A stretch of DNA of 64,000 bases from the IMG/VR virus record IMGVR_UViG_3300042887_005798; one strand, given 5' to 3'. The notes below the pieces were generated by a model. That model made no database searches. It was given only the letters and a program-made list of their open reading frames with translations, and was not told the DNA's origin. The translations under genes and the position numbers were made by a program. Numbering within the stretch: position 1 is the stretch's first letter; each line of letters starts with the position of its first letter. Positions 9,676-19,689 of this stretch are shown here, one piece after another. The DNA comes from a virus (lineage: Duplodnaviria > Heunggongvirae > Uroviricota > Caudoviricetes).

Positions 9676-10210
9676 TCTTCACTAGCTTTCTGGGTTGATC
9701 GCCATGATAATTACTTTCAATAAAAGTAAAATCGATTTGATTGGCTAAAACCCATTCAAAAAATGCTTTTTGCTCATGTTGATTCAACTTTTCTGGTGCT
9801 GGGTAAAACCACTCGTCAAATAAAATAAGAGTGCCAGGTTGAATCATATGAGTGAGGTTATCTAAAACTGTTTTTGTGCTAGAATATAAATCACAATCAA
9901 TATGTAGCAATGCAATTTTTTCAGGCTCACGTCCTTCAAGCCATTTAGGTAAACTTTCAGAGAACCAACCTTTTACTAAATTAACTCCTTCAATATCAGG
10001 CACTTCTCCGTTCAAACTGAAAAATCCCTTTTCTAAATCTGTTCCAGTCCAATCTTCTGGTAAACCCTCAAAACTATCAAATCCATAAAAATTATAAAAA
10101 GCAGGTAGTCTATTTCTAAAATACGTGATTGTGCTCCCTGTGTGTACGCCAAATTCTAAAACTAAATTTGATTCTTTACAAATGTTTTTAATTGCTAAAT
10201 CCCAAAGCAT
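9668..10210 (-). CDS. Class I SAM-dependent O-methyltransferase (TylF/MycF-like)
   Basis: LEFGVHTG, GFDSFEGLP, VKGWF, LLHIDCDLYSST, FDEW. Confidence 0.85.
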   Translation of the reverse strand: MLWDLAIKNICKESNLVLEFGVHTGSTITYFRNRLPAFYNFYGFDSFEGLPEDWTGTDLEKGFFSLNGEVPDIEGVNLVKGWFSESLPKWLEGREPEKIALLHIDCDLYSSTKTVLDNLTHMIQPGTLILFDEWFYPAPEKLNQHEQKAFFEWVLANQIDFTFIESNYHGDQPRKLVKIK

Positions 10211-10216
10211 CTATTA

Positions 10217-10226
10217 GTTGTACAAC
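10217..10226. promoter_or_regulatory. Palindromic bidirectional -10 element GTTGTACAAC
   Basis: Perfect palindrome exactly 6 nt from ATG 10210 (-) and 6 nt from ATG 10233 (+). Confidence 0.8.
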
Positions 10227-10232
10227 AATTAT

Positions 10233-10934
10233 ATGACACAAACTTACTTTCTTGACATAGATGGGGTGCTATTGGTGCATTATGGTTCTCTTAGAGCACA
10301 GCTTTCAGACCAGAATTTATCAATGATTACGATGACAAGGCAGTTTTTAGATACTATTGAAAAAAACGGGGCTAAAATTGTATTAACGACAGGTAGAAGA
10401 AATTCAACAAGAAAACAAACCGAAGATCAATTAAGAAAGTTAAATATATTTTATGATGAATTAGTAATGGGTTGCGGAAGAGGTGAAAGAATTGTTGTTA
10501 ATGATCTTAAGCCCAACTCAAACATGAAAACAGCCTTCAGTTTTACTCCCAATAGAAATGGAATCACTGAAGATGAAATTGAAAAAATAATCAAGCCTTG
10601 TGAAGAAAGACCTTGGGGTAATTTTTCCACTCTAGCTTATAATAAAAAATATCACGTGAAAGAAATAAAAGTGTTGCCAGGAAAAGCATCAAGTTTACAA
10701 TCTCATCAGCATCGTGATGAGTTATGGTTAATTATTGAGGGGAATGGCATCTTTGTTCTTGAAGATAATCAACATCCAATTGAAAAAGGATCTGTGTGTC
10801 AGGTCAAAAAAAATGAAAAACATAGAGTAGTTAACACTGGAGACACAGATTTGATTTTTATTGAAATTCAAACTGGAGAGAAATTCTCTGAAGATGACAT
10901 AACAAGATATGAAGATCAATTTGGTAGAGTCTAA
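10233..10934 (+). CDS. HAD-like domain fused to C-terminal cupin (mannose-6-phosphate isomerase type II-like)
   Basis: FLDIDGVL and LTTGR HAD motifs; ERPWG..SLQSHQHRDELW..HRV.N..FIEIQTG..EDDITRYEDQFGR; start moved to ATG 10233. Confidence 0.8.
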   Translation: MTQTYFLDIDGVLLVHYGSLRAQLSDQNLSMITMTRQFLDTIEKNGAKIVLTTGRRNSTRKQTEDQLRKLNIFYDELVMGCGRGERIVVNDLKPNSNMKTAFSFTPNRNGITEDEIEKIIKPCEERPWGNFSTLAYNKKYHVKEIKVLPGKASSLQSHQHRDELWLIIEGNGIFVLEDNQHPIEKGSVCQVKKNEKHRVVNTGDTDLIFIEIQTGEKFSEDDITRYEDQFGRV

Positions 10935-12074
10935 TCATTCATAAAAAAGTGTTTCAGAGTTAAGATCATTTATTTGGTTTTTAATTTCTTCGTTATATAC
11001 TCCAGCCTTCAAAACTATTATAGGTTTCTCAATATCTTTTAAAATATTTGGAGAGCAAACTTCAAAAGGAGTGCCATATAACCTCTTGCCTTGCTTTGCT
11101 ACATCGTTATCTATAATACAGCGAATCTTTGAAACATCGAGACCAAACATTATTAAGTTTTGTGAAAAAATATGTGCACCGAATAAAAATATGCTTTCTG
11201 GACCACAATTTTTAATTTTTTCATTTATATCAATTATGAGTGATTGGTAATAGTTAACATAACTTTCAAAAACATTCTTATTGTGAGTATACAAATCATT
11301 AGGCAATTCTATTATATCATAGTTTTCATCATGCTGTACGCAATAAAAAATGCTATGATCTTCTAAAAAATATTCTTTTTCTAATATTTTCAAATTAAAT
11401 AATGATAATAAATATTCGGTGTAAGGTTCTGACAAAAAGAAAGTGTGTTCAAAATTTAAACAATTACTATATTTTTTTTCTAGCATTTTTTGCATGTTTG
11501 GTACTGAAAAAATCATTTTTTTATCTTTTTTAATCAAAGATGCCATTTTTTTCATGATTGCCATTGGTTCATAAATGTGTTCATAAAAATGACTATGAAT
11601 TAAACAATCAAAATCTTCATCATATTCGAAATTTTCATCAAAAATATCTTTTTTGAAAACAGCTTTACAATTATCTATCGGAATAGGGTTCAAATCTATA
11701 ATTGTCCAAGGTATTGTTTTTTCAGAACAATATTTCTCATATAAAATTCCATGAGATCCACCAATTTCCAAAACTTGGTTTGGATTTGTTTTTCTGATAA
11801 AATTAGCAAAAGCGCGATGATGTTCAGACCATATTTTGCCTATAGCTCCTGCATTGTGAGCTTCTGGATACAGAATGTCAAGTGGAATTAATTCTTTCAA
11901 TTGTATAAAGCCTGTAGTTTTGTCAATTTGCCAAATCATGTCATGTTTAAGGTCATCTTCTGGACAAGTGTCTACGCAACCCATGAAGACAGGAACATTC
12001 TTAAATACATGAAGATTTTCTAAATTTTCATTTTGATCAATTAAACAATTTTTTCTTGTGATTATATTTTTCAT
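10935..12074 (-). CDS. SAM-dependent sugar C-methyltransferase-like protein
   Basis: VLEIGGSHG, HFYEHI, SVPN, FEHTFF, C-terminal FLFGA..IIDND..KQGKRLYGT; start moved to 12074 (ATGA coupling). Confidence 0.75.
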   Translation of the reverse strand: MKNIITRKNCLIDQNENLENLHVFKNVPVFMGCVDTCPEDDLKHDMIWQIDKTTGFIQLKELIPLDILYPEAHNAGAIGKIWSEHHRAFANFIRKTNPNQVLEIGGSHGILYEKYCSEKTIPWTIIDLNPIPIDNCKAVFKKDIFDENFEYDEDFDCLIHSHFYEHIYEPMAIMKKMASLIKKDKKMIFSVPNMQKMLEKKYSNCLNFEHTFFLSEPYTEYLLSLFNLKILEKEYFLEDHSIFYCVQHDENYDIIELPNDLYTHNKNVFESYVNYYQSLIIDINEKIKNCGPESIFLFGAHIFSQNLIMFGLDVSKIRCIIDNDVAKQGKRLYGTPFEVCSPNILKDIEKPIIVLKAGVYNEEIKNQINDLNSETLFYE

Positions 12075-12745
12075 TGTCTTTTTCTGATATGTTTTAAAAT
12101 AAATTTTGTAAAACCAAAACCAGGCAAAAACTGATCTACTTGCCAAATATAATTTCCTAAAAGTTCTGATAAATCTGCTATACCACAAGTATAGTGTGCC
12201 ATTGCTCCTAAAATTCTTTCTGTTTTATAAGTGTCGTTTTTTTCATGAGCAAATAACCTATCAATACCAAAATTTTTAAGTTTTTGTTTTGCAGATTGTG
12301 TAATATAAAAGCTATTCGTCATCACTGCATAGCCTTCTTCGGTTGGAAACTTACAATTAAATAACGACTCAAATTCTTCAACTCCGCACCCAGGGCATGG
12401 ATCATCTTTTAAAAAATATCCACACAATGTGACAAGCTTTTCTCCTTGAGACAATTTCCTGAAATTATCTTCCCAATTATCATTGACTATTTCTAATGAG
12501 TCTTGAAATAAAAAATATTCATCTTCATCAGGATATAAATTAATTGCATGCACATAAGCGCCAATTTCATATTTCAAATTTGTATTTGAAAATAAGCATT
12601 GATACTTTTCAGATAAAACTTTAGAATCTTGGCTATCAGATGTTTCTACAATCAAAATTTTATGATTTTCAGTTTGATGGTTTTTGATTGAAGATAAAAA
12701 TCTTTCTAAAATATCTGGACTTTTATGAGTGCAAATTACAATCAT
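12071..12745 (-). CDS. Putative GT-A fold glycosyltransferase
   Basis: IVICTH start, YEIGAY..FLFQDS; start moved to 12745 (TGTACAAT plus 6 nt). Confidence 0.55.
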   Translation of the reverse strand: MIVICTHKSPDILERFLSSIKNHQTENHKILIVETSDSQDSKVLSEKYQCLFSNTNLKYEIGAYVHAINLYPDEDEYFLFQDSLEIVNDNWEDNFRKLSQGEKLVTLCGYFLKDDPCPGCGVEEFESLFNCKFPTEEGYAVMTNSFYITQSAKQKLKNFGIDRLFAHEKNDTYKTERILGAMAHYTCGIADLSELLGNYIWQVDQFLPGFGFTKFILKHIRKRQ

Positions 12746-12751
12746 TATTTT

Positions 12752-12777
12752 ATTGTACATCGAAGTTTATGTATAAT
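12752..12777. promoter_or_regulatory. Back-to-back -10 elements of divergent genes
   Basis: Minus strand TGTACAAT+6 nt+ATG(12745); plus strand TGTATAAT+8 nt+ATG(12786). Confidence 0.65.
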
Positions 12778-12785
12778 ATGCATGA

Positions 12786-14324
12786 ATGAAAAATTTTGAC
12801 GTGGTAATTACTTGCTCAGGAACTGGTTCAAGATTGAAGCCAATTACTGATTTCCTAAACAAAGCTTTGATCAAACTTGGCGATAAAGCTATAATTTCGC
12901 ACATATTTGATAGTTATCCAGGAGCTTCAAAATTTATTATAACTTTAGGGTATTTAAAAGAGCAAGTTAAAGATTATATTGAGATTAACCACTCTGATTT
13001 AAATATAGAATTTGTTGAAGTAGATGACTATGAAAGCACACAATCTTCATTGCTTTACTCTTTATCATGCACATTCGACGTGATTGATAAACCTTTTTAT
13101 TACAATGCTTGTGATACTTATATTTCAAATGTGCCTCATAAAAGTAATGATTTTGCCGTTTTTTCAAAAACATTTGTAAGCAACCAATATAGAAAAATAA
13201 GCGAATTGAATGATGAATCAAAAAAAATCGAAGATACGCCTGCCAAAGAGGGAGAATTTTGCTATACAGGTGTGGCTTATATTGAAAATATAGATTTATT
13301 TAAAGAATTAACAATAAAAGAATTGAATAAAAATAAAACACAAAATTTATCTGACGCACACATTCTTCAACAAATGAACATTGACTTTGTTGAAACAAAA
13401 AACTGGATAGATATTGGTAATTTTATTGCTTTAAGAAGTGCGCAAAAACAATTCAAACAAGAGATTTGCGTGTTGCCAAAAATGAATGAAGAAACATATT
13501 ATGTTAATGAAAAAATTGTTAAATTTTTCAGTGATAAAGAAAAAGTAAAAAAACTTTATGAAAGAAGCAAGGTGTTATCTTCATGTGCTCCTGAATGTTA
13601 TTCAAAAAATAATTTCATTTACTACAATTTTGTAAAGGGAATTACTTTATCAAAAATATTAACACAAGATTTGCTTGAAAATTTTTTAATTTGGTGTGAA
13701 AACAATTTATGGCAAAAATATAAACACACTAGTTTGAATTTTTTCAAAAATTTTTACATTGACAAAGCTTCCAAAAGAATAGAAAACTTTCATAAAAACA
13801 AAAAAAACAATTTTTCTGAAATTCAAAACATAAACTTTAGAAAAGTAAAACCTTTATCGGAACTTATAAACATCGCAAGCGAACTATTTGAAAAGTTTCC
13901 AACACAACAGTGCATTGCTCATGGAGATTTGGTTTTTGAAAATGTTATTAAAACAAATGAAGGGTTTATTTTAATTGATTGGAGAGAAGGTTTTGGCAAT
14001 AGTAAAGGTGATTGGTATTATGATATTGCTAAAATGAAACACAATCTGATATTTGATCATGAAGCGATTAAAAACAATAAATTTTATGTGAAGCTTGAAA
14101 ACAATCAATGTTTTTTTGATGCTGGAACTCCAGAAAAAAATCTTGAACTAATGAAAACGTTAGAGGCGTTTTGTTTACAAAGAAACATAAACATGAATGT
14201 TATTGACACTATAGTGGCGCTAATACAATTATCTTCATCTGGAGTACACACAGGTGAAGAAGCTACATTGCTTTATTGTATGGGTTGGTACAACTTAAAT
14301 AAACTTATGACAATGAACGAGTAG
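12786..14324 (+). CDS. Nucleotidyltransferase fused to phosphotransferase (APH/choline-kinase-like) domain
   Basis: VVITCSGTGSRL..NKALIKLG N-terminus; AHGDLVFENVI..FILIDWRE..YDIAK kinase motifs. Confidence 0.8.
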   Translation: MKNFDVVITCSGTGSRLKPITDFLNKALIKLGDKAIISHIFDSYPGASKFIITLGYLKEQVKDYIEINHSDLNIEFVEVDDYESTQSSLLYSLSCTFDVIDKPFYYNACDTYISNVPHKSNDFAVFSKTFVSNQYRKISELNDESKKIEDTPAKEGEFCYTGVAYIENIDLFKELTIKELNKNKTQNLSDAHILQQMNIDFVETKNWIDIGNFIALRSAQKQFKQEICVLPKMNEETYYVNEKIVKFFSDKEKVKKLYERSKVLSSCAPECYSKNNFIYYNFVKGITLSKILTQDLLENFLIWCENNLWQKYKHTSLNFFKNFYIDKASKRIENFHKNKKNNFSEIQNINFRKVKPLSELINIASELFEKFPTQQCIAHGDLVFENVIKTNEGFILIDWREGFGNSKGDWYYDIAKMKHNLIFDHEAIKNNKFYVKLENNQCFFDAGTPEKNLELMKTLEAFCLQRNINMNVIDTIVALIQLSSSGVHTGEEATLLYCMGWYNLNKLMTMNE

Positions 14325-14331
14325 AAATCAA

Positions 14332-15222
14332 ATGAAAAAACTTCCTAAACTATTTATATCTCCAGTAAATGAACCAATTCTTAAATCTATTTTAAAAAGT
14401 GGATTACCAATTGGTTTTATTCTTTCACAACGGCAATTCAATCATGAAAATGGTTATGTAAGCAAAACAATTATTGATCAAGTCTTAAAATCTGAGCTAA
14501 TAGTTGAAAGAGATCATTTTTGTATGGAAAAATTTGATAAAAAAATTATTGCCTTCGATGCTGAAAAATTTGATATGATTCATATAGATCCCTGGTACTT
14601 TTCTGGACGTTATAGTTCAGAATGTATAAAATGGATGCATGAATTCACTGAAGCTAACAAAAATATAAAATTTGAATTTGGAACAGAAGATTTTATTGCT
14701 AAATTTTCAACATTGTTGTTTGACATTGCTTTGAACGACATTACACCTTTTTTGGATAAAGTTGAATATATTGTGTGCCAAGGAGGATCAGTGGTTTTTG
14801 ATTGTAAAAATATTTCGCCAATTGATATTGAAAAAACAAAATGTTACGTGGCTAAAGCTGAAAAGTATAAAGTGAAAGTGAAAAGACACAATTGTGATTT
14901 TCATTCTGATGAAGAATTGAAAATCTTGTGCGATCTAGGTATATCAGCTTACAATTACGCCCCTGAATTTACTTACATAAGTAATAGTGTGATTTTTGAC
15001 AATTTAAAGCTTGAAGATAAAACATATTTCTTAGAACAAATTGAAAAAAATGCTCCTTGGCGAAGATGGTTACACAATCTAGAAAATGAAGAAAAAACAA
15101 TCAAAAGCTGTTTGCATTATTTAGATTCAGATGACAAAATGAAAGAATATGTAGTAAAATATGAGCAAGACATAATTTCACTTGTGGGAGAAAGATTAGA
15201 ACAAATATGTCAGATTGTGTAA
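14332..15222 (+). CDS. TIM-barrel protein, GatZ/KbaZ (tagatose-phosphate aldolase/epimerase)-like
   Basis: SQRQF..GYV, VERDH, IHIDP, FEFGTE, KRHNCDF, NYAPEF resemble GatZ/KbaZ-like family. Confidence 0.55.
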   Translation: MKKLPKLFISPVNEPILKSILKSGLPIGFILSQRQFNHENGYVSKTIIDQVLKSELIVERDHFCMEKFDKKIIAFDAEKFDMIHIDPWYFSGRYSSECIKWMHEFTEANKNIKFEFGTEDFIAKFSTLLFDIALNDITPFLDKVEYIVCQGGSVVFDCKNISPIDIEKTKCYVAKAEKYKVKVKRHNCDFHSDEELKILCDLGISAYNYAPEFTYISNSVIFDNLKLEDKTYFLEQIEKNAPWRRWLHNLENEEKTIKSCLHYLDSDDKMKEYVVKYEQDIISLVGERLEQICQIV

Positions 15223-16022
15223 AAAAAACAAAAACACTGTATTTGATTTTTGGAGATGCAAGAAATCAAGATTATGATGATTTGCAAGACATGTGTGAAA
15301 ATATTAATTATTTTGACAAGAATTGCGAAATTATAATCAATCATCCATATGTTGATCATCCAAATGTAAAATTAAAACATGTGGTGCAACCTGTAAATCA
15401 ATCAAGATTTATTTTTGGAGTTTTTGTTGATTTACTTTATTTTTTACGATCTAATCCTATAGATTTTGATCATCTTTGTTTATTTTCAGCCAATCAATAT
15501 TTGATCAATTCTTTTAATCCTGAAAGAAATGTCAATTATTTGCAATTTTATAATTGCCCAAATTGGGACTTTACATATACAGGAAAAGATTTTACAAACA
15601 TTACAATTGGTAATCCTTTAATACAATATGAAACACATAATTGGGATGAAAAAGGAATGAACTTATTTTTAGAGGTTGAAAATGCAATGGTGAGTAACTG
15701 GGAGTATGCATTTCTCACTGATGAAGCTGTAAGATTGTGCCAGATGTATTTAGATAATGCATTCGATATATACCCTAATAGAGACTTAATACAATTGTTT
15801 CCAGGCTACATGGCATTAAAAACAGGTCAACCTTGGATGTTTCCGCCATTTTTCGGCACATTTGATCCTTCAAATAGAATAAATAATCACAATTCAGTCA
15901 TTACAGAATCACAAATTGATCAAAAGTTAATTGAAAATTATTGTTCAGTGAAGCGAGTTGGTTATAAGAAAGACTGTCATTTAAAGCAATATATCAAAGA
16001 AAAAACGTATAAGAATTATTAA
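15207..16022 (+). CDS. Hypothetical protein, possibly glycosyltransferase-like
   Basis: 271 aa ORF within glycan island; no diagnostic motif. Confidence 0.45.
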   Translation: MSDCVKKTKTLYLIFGDARNQDYDDLQDMCENINYFDKNCEIIINHPYVDHPNVKLKHVVQPVNQSRFIFGVFVDLLYFLRSNPIDFDHLCLFSANQYLINSFNPERNVNYLQFYNCPNWDFTYTGKDFTNITIGNPLIQYETHNWDEKGMNLFLEVENAMVSNWEYAFLTDEAVRLCQMYLDNAFDIYPNRDLIQLFPGYMALKTGQPWMFPPFFGTFDPSNRINNHNSVITESQIDQKLIENYCSVKRVGYKKDCHLKQYIKEKTYKNY

Positions 16023-16945
16023 TGAAATTTCAGATTAATTTTATTGCACATACAAGACAAGAAAATTTAACAAGAATTTGTGAGGAAATTTATAAAATTG
16101 ATGATGATTTGAAATCTCAAATACAAATCAATGTGTTGAATGATATATTTTGTAAAAAAAATGTCATTGACGAATTAGAAAATAAATTTCGACAATCTGG
16201 AATAGTTTTCAATAACTACATACAGTTGCAACCTTGTTACATTGATAAATGTAGAATAATGTCTGAATCTAAAACTGATTATATAATCAAGTATGACGAA
16301 GACATTTTTCTAACCACTGAAGCTTGGAATAATTTTTTGTCTGATGCAGATAAAATTGATTGGAACAAAACTGCTTGCTATGCGCCATTGATTAACACAG
16401 GAATTCCTAGCATAGAAACGTTTTTAGATTATTTCTGTGACGTGGACACTAGAAGTTACTTTAGAATGCTTTTTGAACAAATTAAAATTGAAAACATGTG
16501 GGGTGCGAATTTTGAATCTCTAAATTACTCAAAAGAAAATCCATATGATTTTTTTGATCAAGTAAATAAATTAACTCACTATTACAAAGGCATACACCCA
16601 TTAAGGGTTTCAAGTGAAATACAAAATCTTTTAGTGGATTATGTTTTAAGTAACAGTGCATGGAAAAATCCAAAAATTAAAGACAATCTTCTTCAATCAA
16701 ATCCAGCTTATTTTTGTAATAGTGCATATATGATGCCTACAAGTTTTTATAAAGAAGCTTATCAAGGCATGATGTCTGAAAAATACGTGATGGATGGATT
16801 CGATGAAGTGGGCTTGAATCAATATGTTTCGGATAAAAATAAAAATTTCGTTTTTAATTTGAACTCAGTGGCAGTTCATCCAAGCTATAACACAATAGGA
16901 ATAATATATAATGACATCAGTAAAAAATTCTTTTCAAATATTTGA
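16022..16945 (+). CDS. Putative GT-A fold glycosyltransferase
   Basis: YIIKYDEDIF (DxD) motif. Confidence 0.55.
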   Translation: MKFQINFIAHTRQENLTRICEEIYKIDDDLKSQIQINVLNDIFCKKNVIDELENKFRQSGIVFNNYIQLQPCYIDKCRIMSESKTDYIIKYDEDIFLTTEAWNNFLSDADKIDWNKTACYAPLINTGIPSIETFLDYFCDVDTRSYFRMLFEQIKIENMWGANFESLNYSKENPYDFFDQVNKLTHYYKGIHPLRVSSEIQNLLVDYVLSNSAWKNPKIKDNLLQSNPAYFCNSAYMMPTSFYKEAYQGMMSEKYVMDGFDEVGLNQYVSDKNKNFVFNLNSVAVHPSYNTIGIIYNDISKKFFSNI

Positions 16946-17723
16946 CACTCAATTTTCTCATGCTATTTCAGCAGGGAGTCCTTACAATGATATTTCTATT
17001 CCATTTGATTGGAAAAGAAAAGAAATAATCATTGACGAAAGACCAATCTTTTTCACGGAATCATGTTATGAAATGTCCAAAAATATTTCTGCACCGAATA
17101 AAATTTTATGGGTGCTAGAAAGCCCTTTTATGGTTGGTGATAGCATAGTTGAAGATTTACTTCAAAACTACACCGATTTTAAAACAATTTTAACACACGA
17201 TGACAGACTATTACATTTACCTAATGTAATCAACTTCCCAGTTGGTGGATGTTGGGTTAGAGAGCAAGATTGTAATGTTTATGAAAAGAATAAAAACTCT
17301 GTTTCTATGGTTACATCTACAAAGGTATTCACGGCAGGGCAAGTGCTTAGACATAGAATTTCAACTCACAAAGCCATTACTAATTTTGGACCGCAATTTA
17401 GACCTTTAGATTACAAGCTTGATGCTATGAAAGATTTTCAATTCCATGTTTGTATTGAAAATGTTAGCAACAATTCATATTTCACAGAAAAGATAGTAGA
17501 TTGTTTTGCGACAGGAACAATTCCAATTTATTGGGGATGCAAAAATATCTCAAATTATTTCAACACCAAAGGAATCATAGAAGTGGATGACTATGATGAA
17601 TTAGTGCACGTGCTTGATAATTATGAAAAGTTTGAAATTGATCAAAATGCAATTAAAGAAAACTTTGAAATAAGCAAAGAGTATTGGCTTCCTGAAACAA
17701 GAATATTATCTATATTTGGATGA
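16911..17723 (+). CDS. GT10-like fucosyltransferase
   Basis: FQFHVCIEN..YFTEKIVDCFATGTIPIYWG. Confidence 0.85.
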   Translation: MTSVKNSFQIFDTQFSHAISAGSPYNDISIPFDWKRKEIIIDERPIFFTESCYEMSKNISAPNKILWVLESPFMVGDSIVEDLLQNYTDFKTILTHDDRLLHLPNVINFPVGGCWVREQDCNVYEKNKNSVSMVTSTKVFTAGQVLRHRISTHKAITNFGPQFRPLDYKLDAMKDFQFHVCIENVSNNSYFTEKIVDCFATGTIPIYWGCKNISNYFNTKGIIEVDDYDELVHVLDNYEKFEIDQNAIKENFEISKEYWLPETRILSIFG

Positions 17724-18371
17724 TGGATATTCATGAATATGTCTTTCAAATACTGGAATACCAGTATTGTGTAAAGAATAATATTTTCCATCTGGTTTGC
17801 AAACCCATGCTTCAGCGGCGTGTCTTTCTTCTCCCAAAGGAGCATTTTCACGCCAAGGCTCCCAATACAAATATTGTAGTTTTTTAGCATGTGAGGATTT
17901 TGTCCAAAAAAAGTTCCCACTAAAGTGTTTATATGGATGGTCATGATAATCTACCCCCACTGCATCATAACTATTTAAAAGCTCTAAACATTTTTTATAT
18001 TGTGTAATGTTAAAATACGACATTACATCAATATGATCTTTTTGTTGTTGTGTAAATGGAGTGGTTGCACTTTTTGACATAACGTATAGAGCTTTTATAT
18101 TATCATGTTCACAATCTGATTTTAAAAGGTTTATAGTTGGAAATTCAAATTCTTCATGATAGGTGTTTTTTGCATAAAACAAAACGTTATTTGCAATTTT
18201 ACCCTTTACATAATCTGCCACTTCTTTAATATTGCCATTAATTGAATACACAATAGCATTACAGTCTTCAAGTATTCCAGAATCAACTAAATGACCGTTC
18301 ACTCTGTCAAAACTTTGCTTCCAATTTTGTGCCACTGCAATATGAAAATAAATATTAAACTTGTCTTGCAT
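17706..18371 (-). CDS. Conserved phage hypothetical protein, possibly glycosyltransferase
   Basis: EFPTI, YDAVG, HFSGNFFW, RHAAEAW motifs seen in phage glycan islands; start moved to 18371. Confidence 0.55.
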   Translation of the reverse strand: MQDKFNIYFHIAVAQNWKQSFDRVNGHLVDSGILEDCNAIVYSINGNIKEVADYVKGKIANNVLFYAKNTYHEEFEFPTINLLKSDCEHDNIKALYVMSKSATTPFTQQQKDHIDVMSYFNITQYKKCLELLNSYDAVGVDYHDHPYKHFSGNFFWTKSSHAKKLQYLYWEPWRENAPLGEERHAAEAWVCKPDGKYYSLHNTGIPVFERHIHEYPSSKYR

Positions 18372-18376
18372 AATCA

Positions 18377-18388
18377 AATTGTACAATT
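18377..18388. promoter_or_regulatory. Palindromic bidirectional -10 element AATTGTACAATT
   Basis: Perfect 12-bp palindrome; TACAAT plus 6 nt to ATG 18371 (-) and to GTG 18394 (+). Confidence 0.8.
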
Positions 18389-18393
18389 ATAAA

Positions 18394-19689
18394 GTGGTTG
18401 AATTACAAAACATACAAAATTTGGTGGGCAATCACGTTGCACCATATATATACAATTCAGATGTTTTTGAAGAAGGAAAAACATCTATTTATTACTCTGG
18501 ACCATATTGGGACAACAAAGAAATTGAAGCAGCAATAAATTCTTTTTTGAATGGTAAATGGATTACTGCTGGTGAAAAAGTACACAAATTTGAATATGAA
18601 TTCAGTAAAAAATTTGGAGTGAAGCATTCACATATGGTCAATTCTGGTAGTTCAGCTAATTTAGTATTGATTGCAGCTTTAAAGAAAAGATACGATTGGC
18701 GTGATGAAGATGAAATCATTGTGTCGCCAGTGGGATTTGCCACTACAATTTCAGTGATATATCAAAATAGACTTAAACCAGTTTTTGTGGATATTGAGTG
18801 GGACACACTCAACTTTGATATTTCACAAATTGAAAACAAAATTACGTCTAGAACAAAAGGTATTTTTGTTTCACCTGTTCTTGGTAATCCGCCTGATATG
18901 GATAAATTACAGGAAATAGCAAACAAACACAATCTCATTTTAATTGGAGACAATTGTGACAGTTTGGGTAGCAAATATGATGGAAAAAATATATCAGATT
19001 ACTACTCTGCTTTTTCAAACTCTTTCTACCCTGCGCATCACATATCTACTGGTGAAGGTGGCATGGTTTGTAGCAACGACAACGAATTAAAATCTCTGTT
19101 TGTAAGTTTATCATGGTGGGGTCGAGATTGTTATTGTGTTGGTTCTGCAAATTTATCTGCTTGTGGTACATGTCAGAGAAGATTTGATAATTGGTTACCT
19201 AATTATCATGGGATAATTGATCACAAATACGTTTTTGCAAACATGGGATATAATTTGAAACCATTAGATTTACAAGGCGCAATAGGTTTAGAGCAATTAA
19301 AGAAATTTGATGAAATTGATTTAAGAAGAAAAAAATCAAAACAAACAATTGAAAAGATTTTTATTGATAATATTAAAGGAATAAGAGGGGTAAAAACTTT
19401 AGAAAAATCTGACCCTTGTTGGTTTGGCACTCCATTTATTTGTGAAAACTTTGATATTAAACAATCACTTGTTTCTTATTTAGAAAAAAACAAAATACAA
19501 ACAAGAAATTATTTTGCTGGAAATATTCTGTTACATCCTGGATATAGTTTCCTAGATGATTTCAATAAATATCCAGAAGCGAATCAAGTGTTAGATAAAG
19601 TTTTTTTTGTTGGAGCTGCGCCGCATTATAGTGATTCTGTTTTCAATTACATAGAAAAAGTAGTTAAAGGTTTTTCAAATGCACAGTAA
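18394..19689 (+). CDS. rfbH: CDP-4-dehydro-6-deoxyglucose 3-dehydrase (E1, DegT/DnrJ family)
   Basis: VNSGSSANL, DNCDSLG, SFYPAHHI (His in place of PLP Lys), WGRDCYC..CGTC Fe-S cysteines, MGYNLKP, RNYFAGN; start moved to GTG 18394. Confidence 0.9.
   Translation: MVELQNIQNLVGNHVAPYIYNSDVFEEGKTSIYYSGPYWDNKEIEAAINSFLNGKWITAGEKVHKFEYEFSKKFGVKHSHMVNSGSSANLVLIAALKKRYDWRDEDEIIVSPVGFATTISVIYQNRLKPVFVDIEWDTLNFDISQIENKITSRTKGIFVSPVLGNPPDMDKLQEIANKHNLILIGDNCDSLGSKYDGKNISDYYSAFSNSFYPAHHISTGEGGMVCSNDNELKSLFVSLSWWGRDCYCVGSANLSACGTCQRRFDNWLPNYHGIIDHKYVFANMGYNLKPLDLQGAIGLEQLKKFDEIDLRRKKSKQTIEKIFIDNIKGIRGVKTLEKSDPCWFGTPFICENFDIKQSLVSYLEKNKIQTRNYFAGNILLHPGYSFLDDFNKYPEANQVLDKVFFVGAAPHYSDSVFNYIEKVVKGFSNAQ

Noticed and set aside
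10935-12188. N-terminal extension MWYSRF... of the C-methyltransferase, and similar extensions (MYNNY, MYNKI, MYNLI, MYNLE, MSCII, MKINC)
   Set aside because: They overlap upstream genes or run through the promoter motif (TTG/ATG-TAC-AAT reads as M-Y-N); downstream starts fit coupling or the 6-7-nt rule
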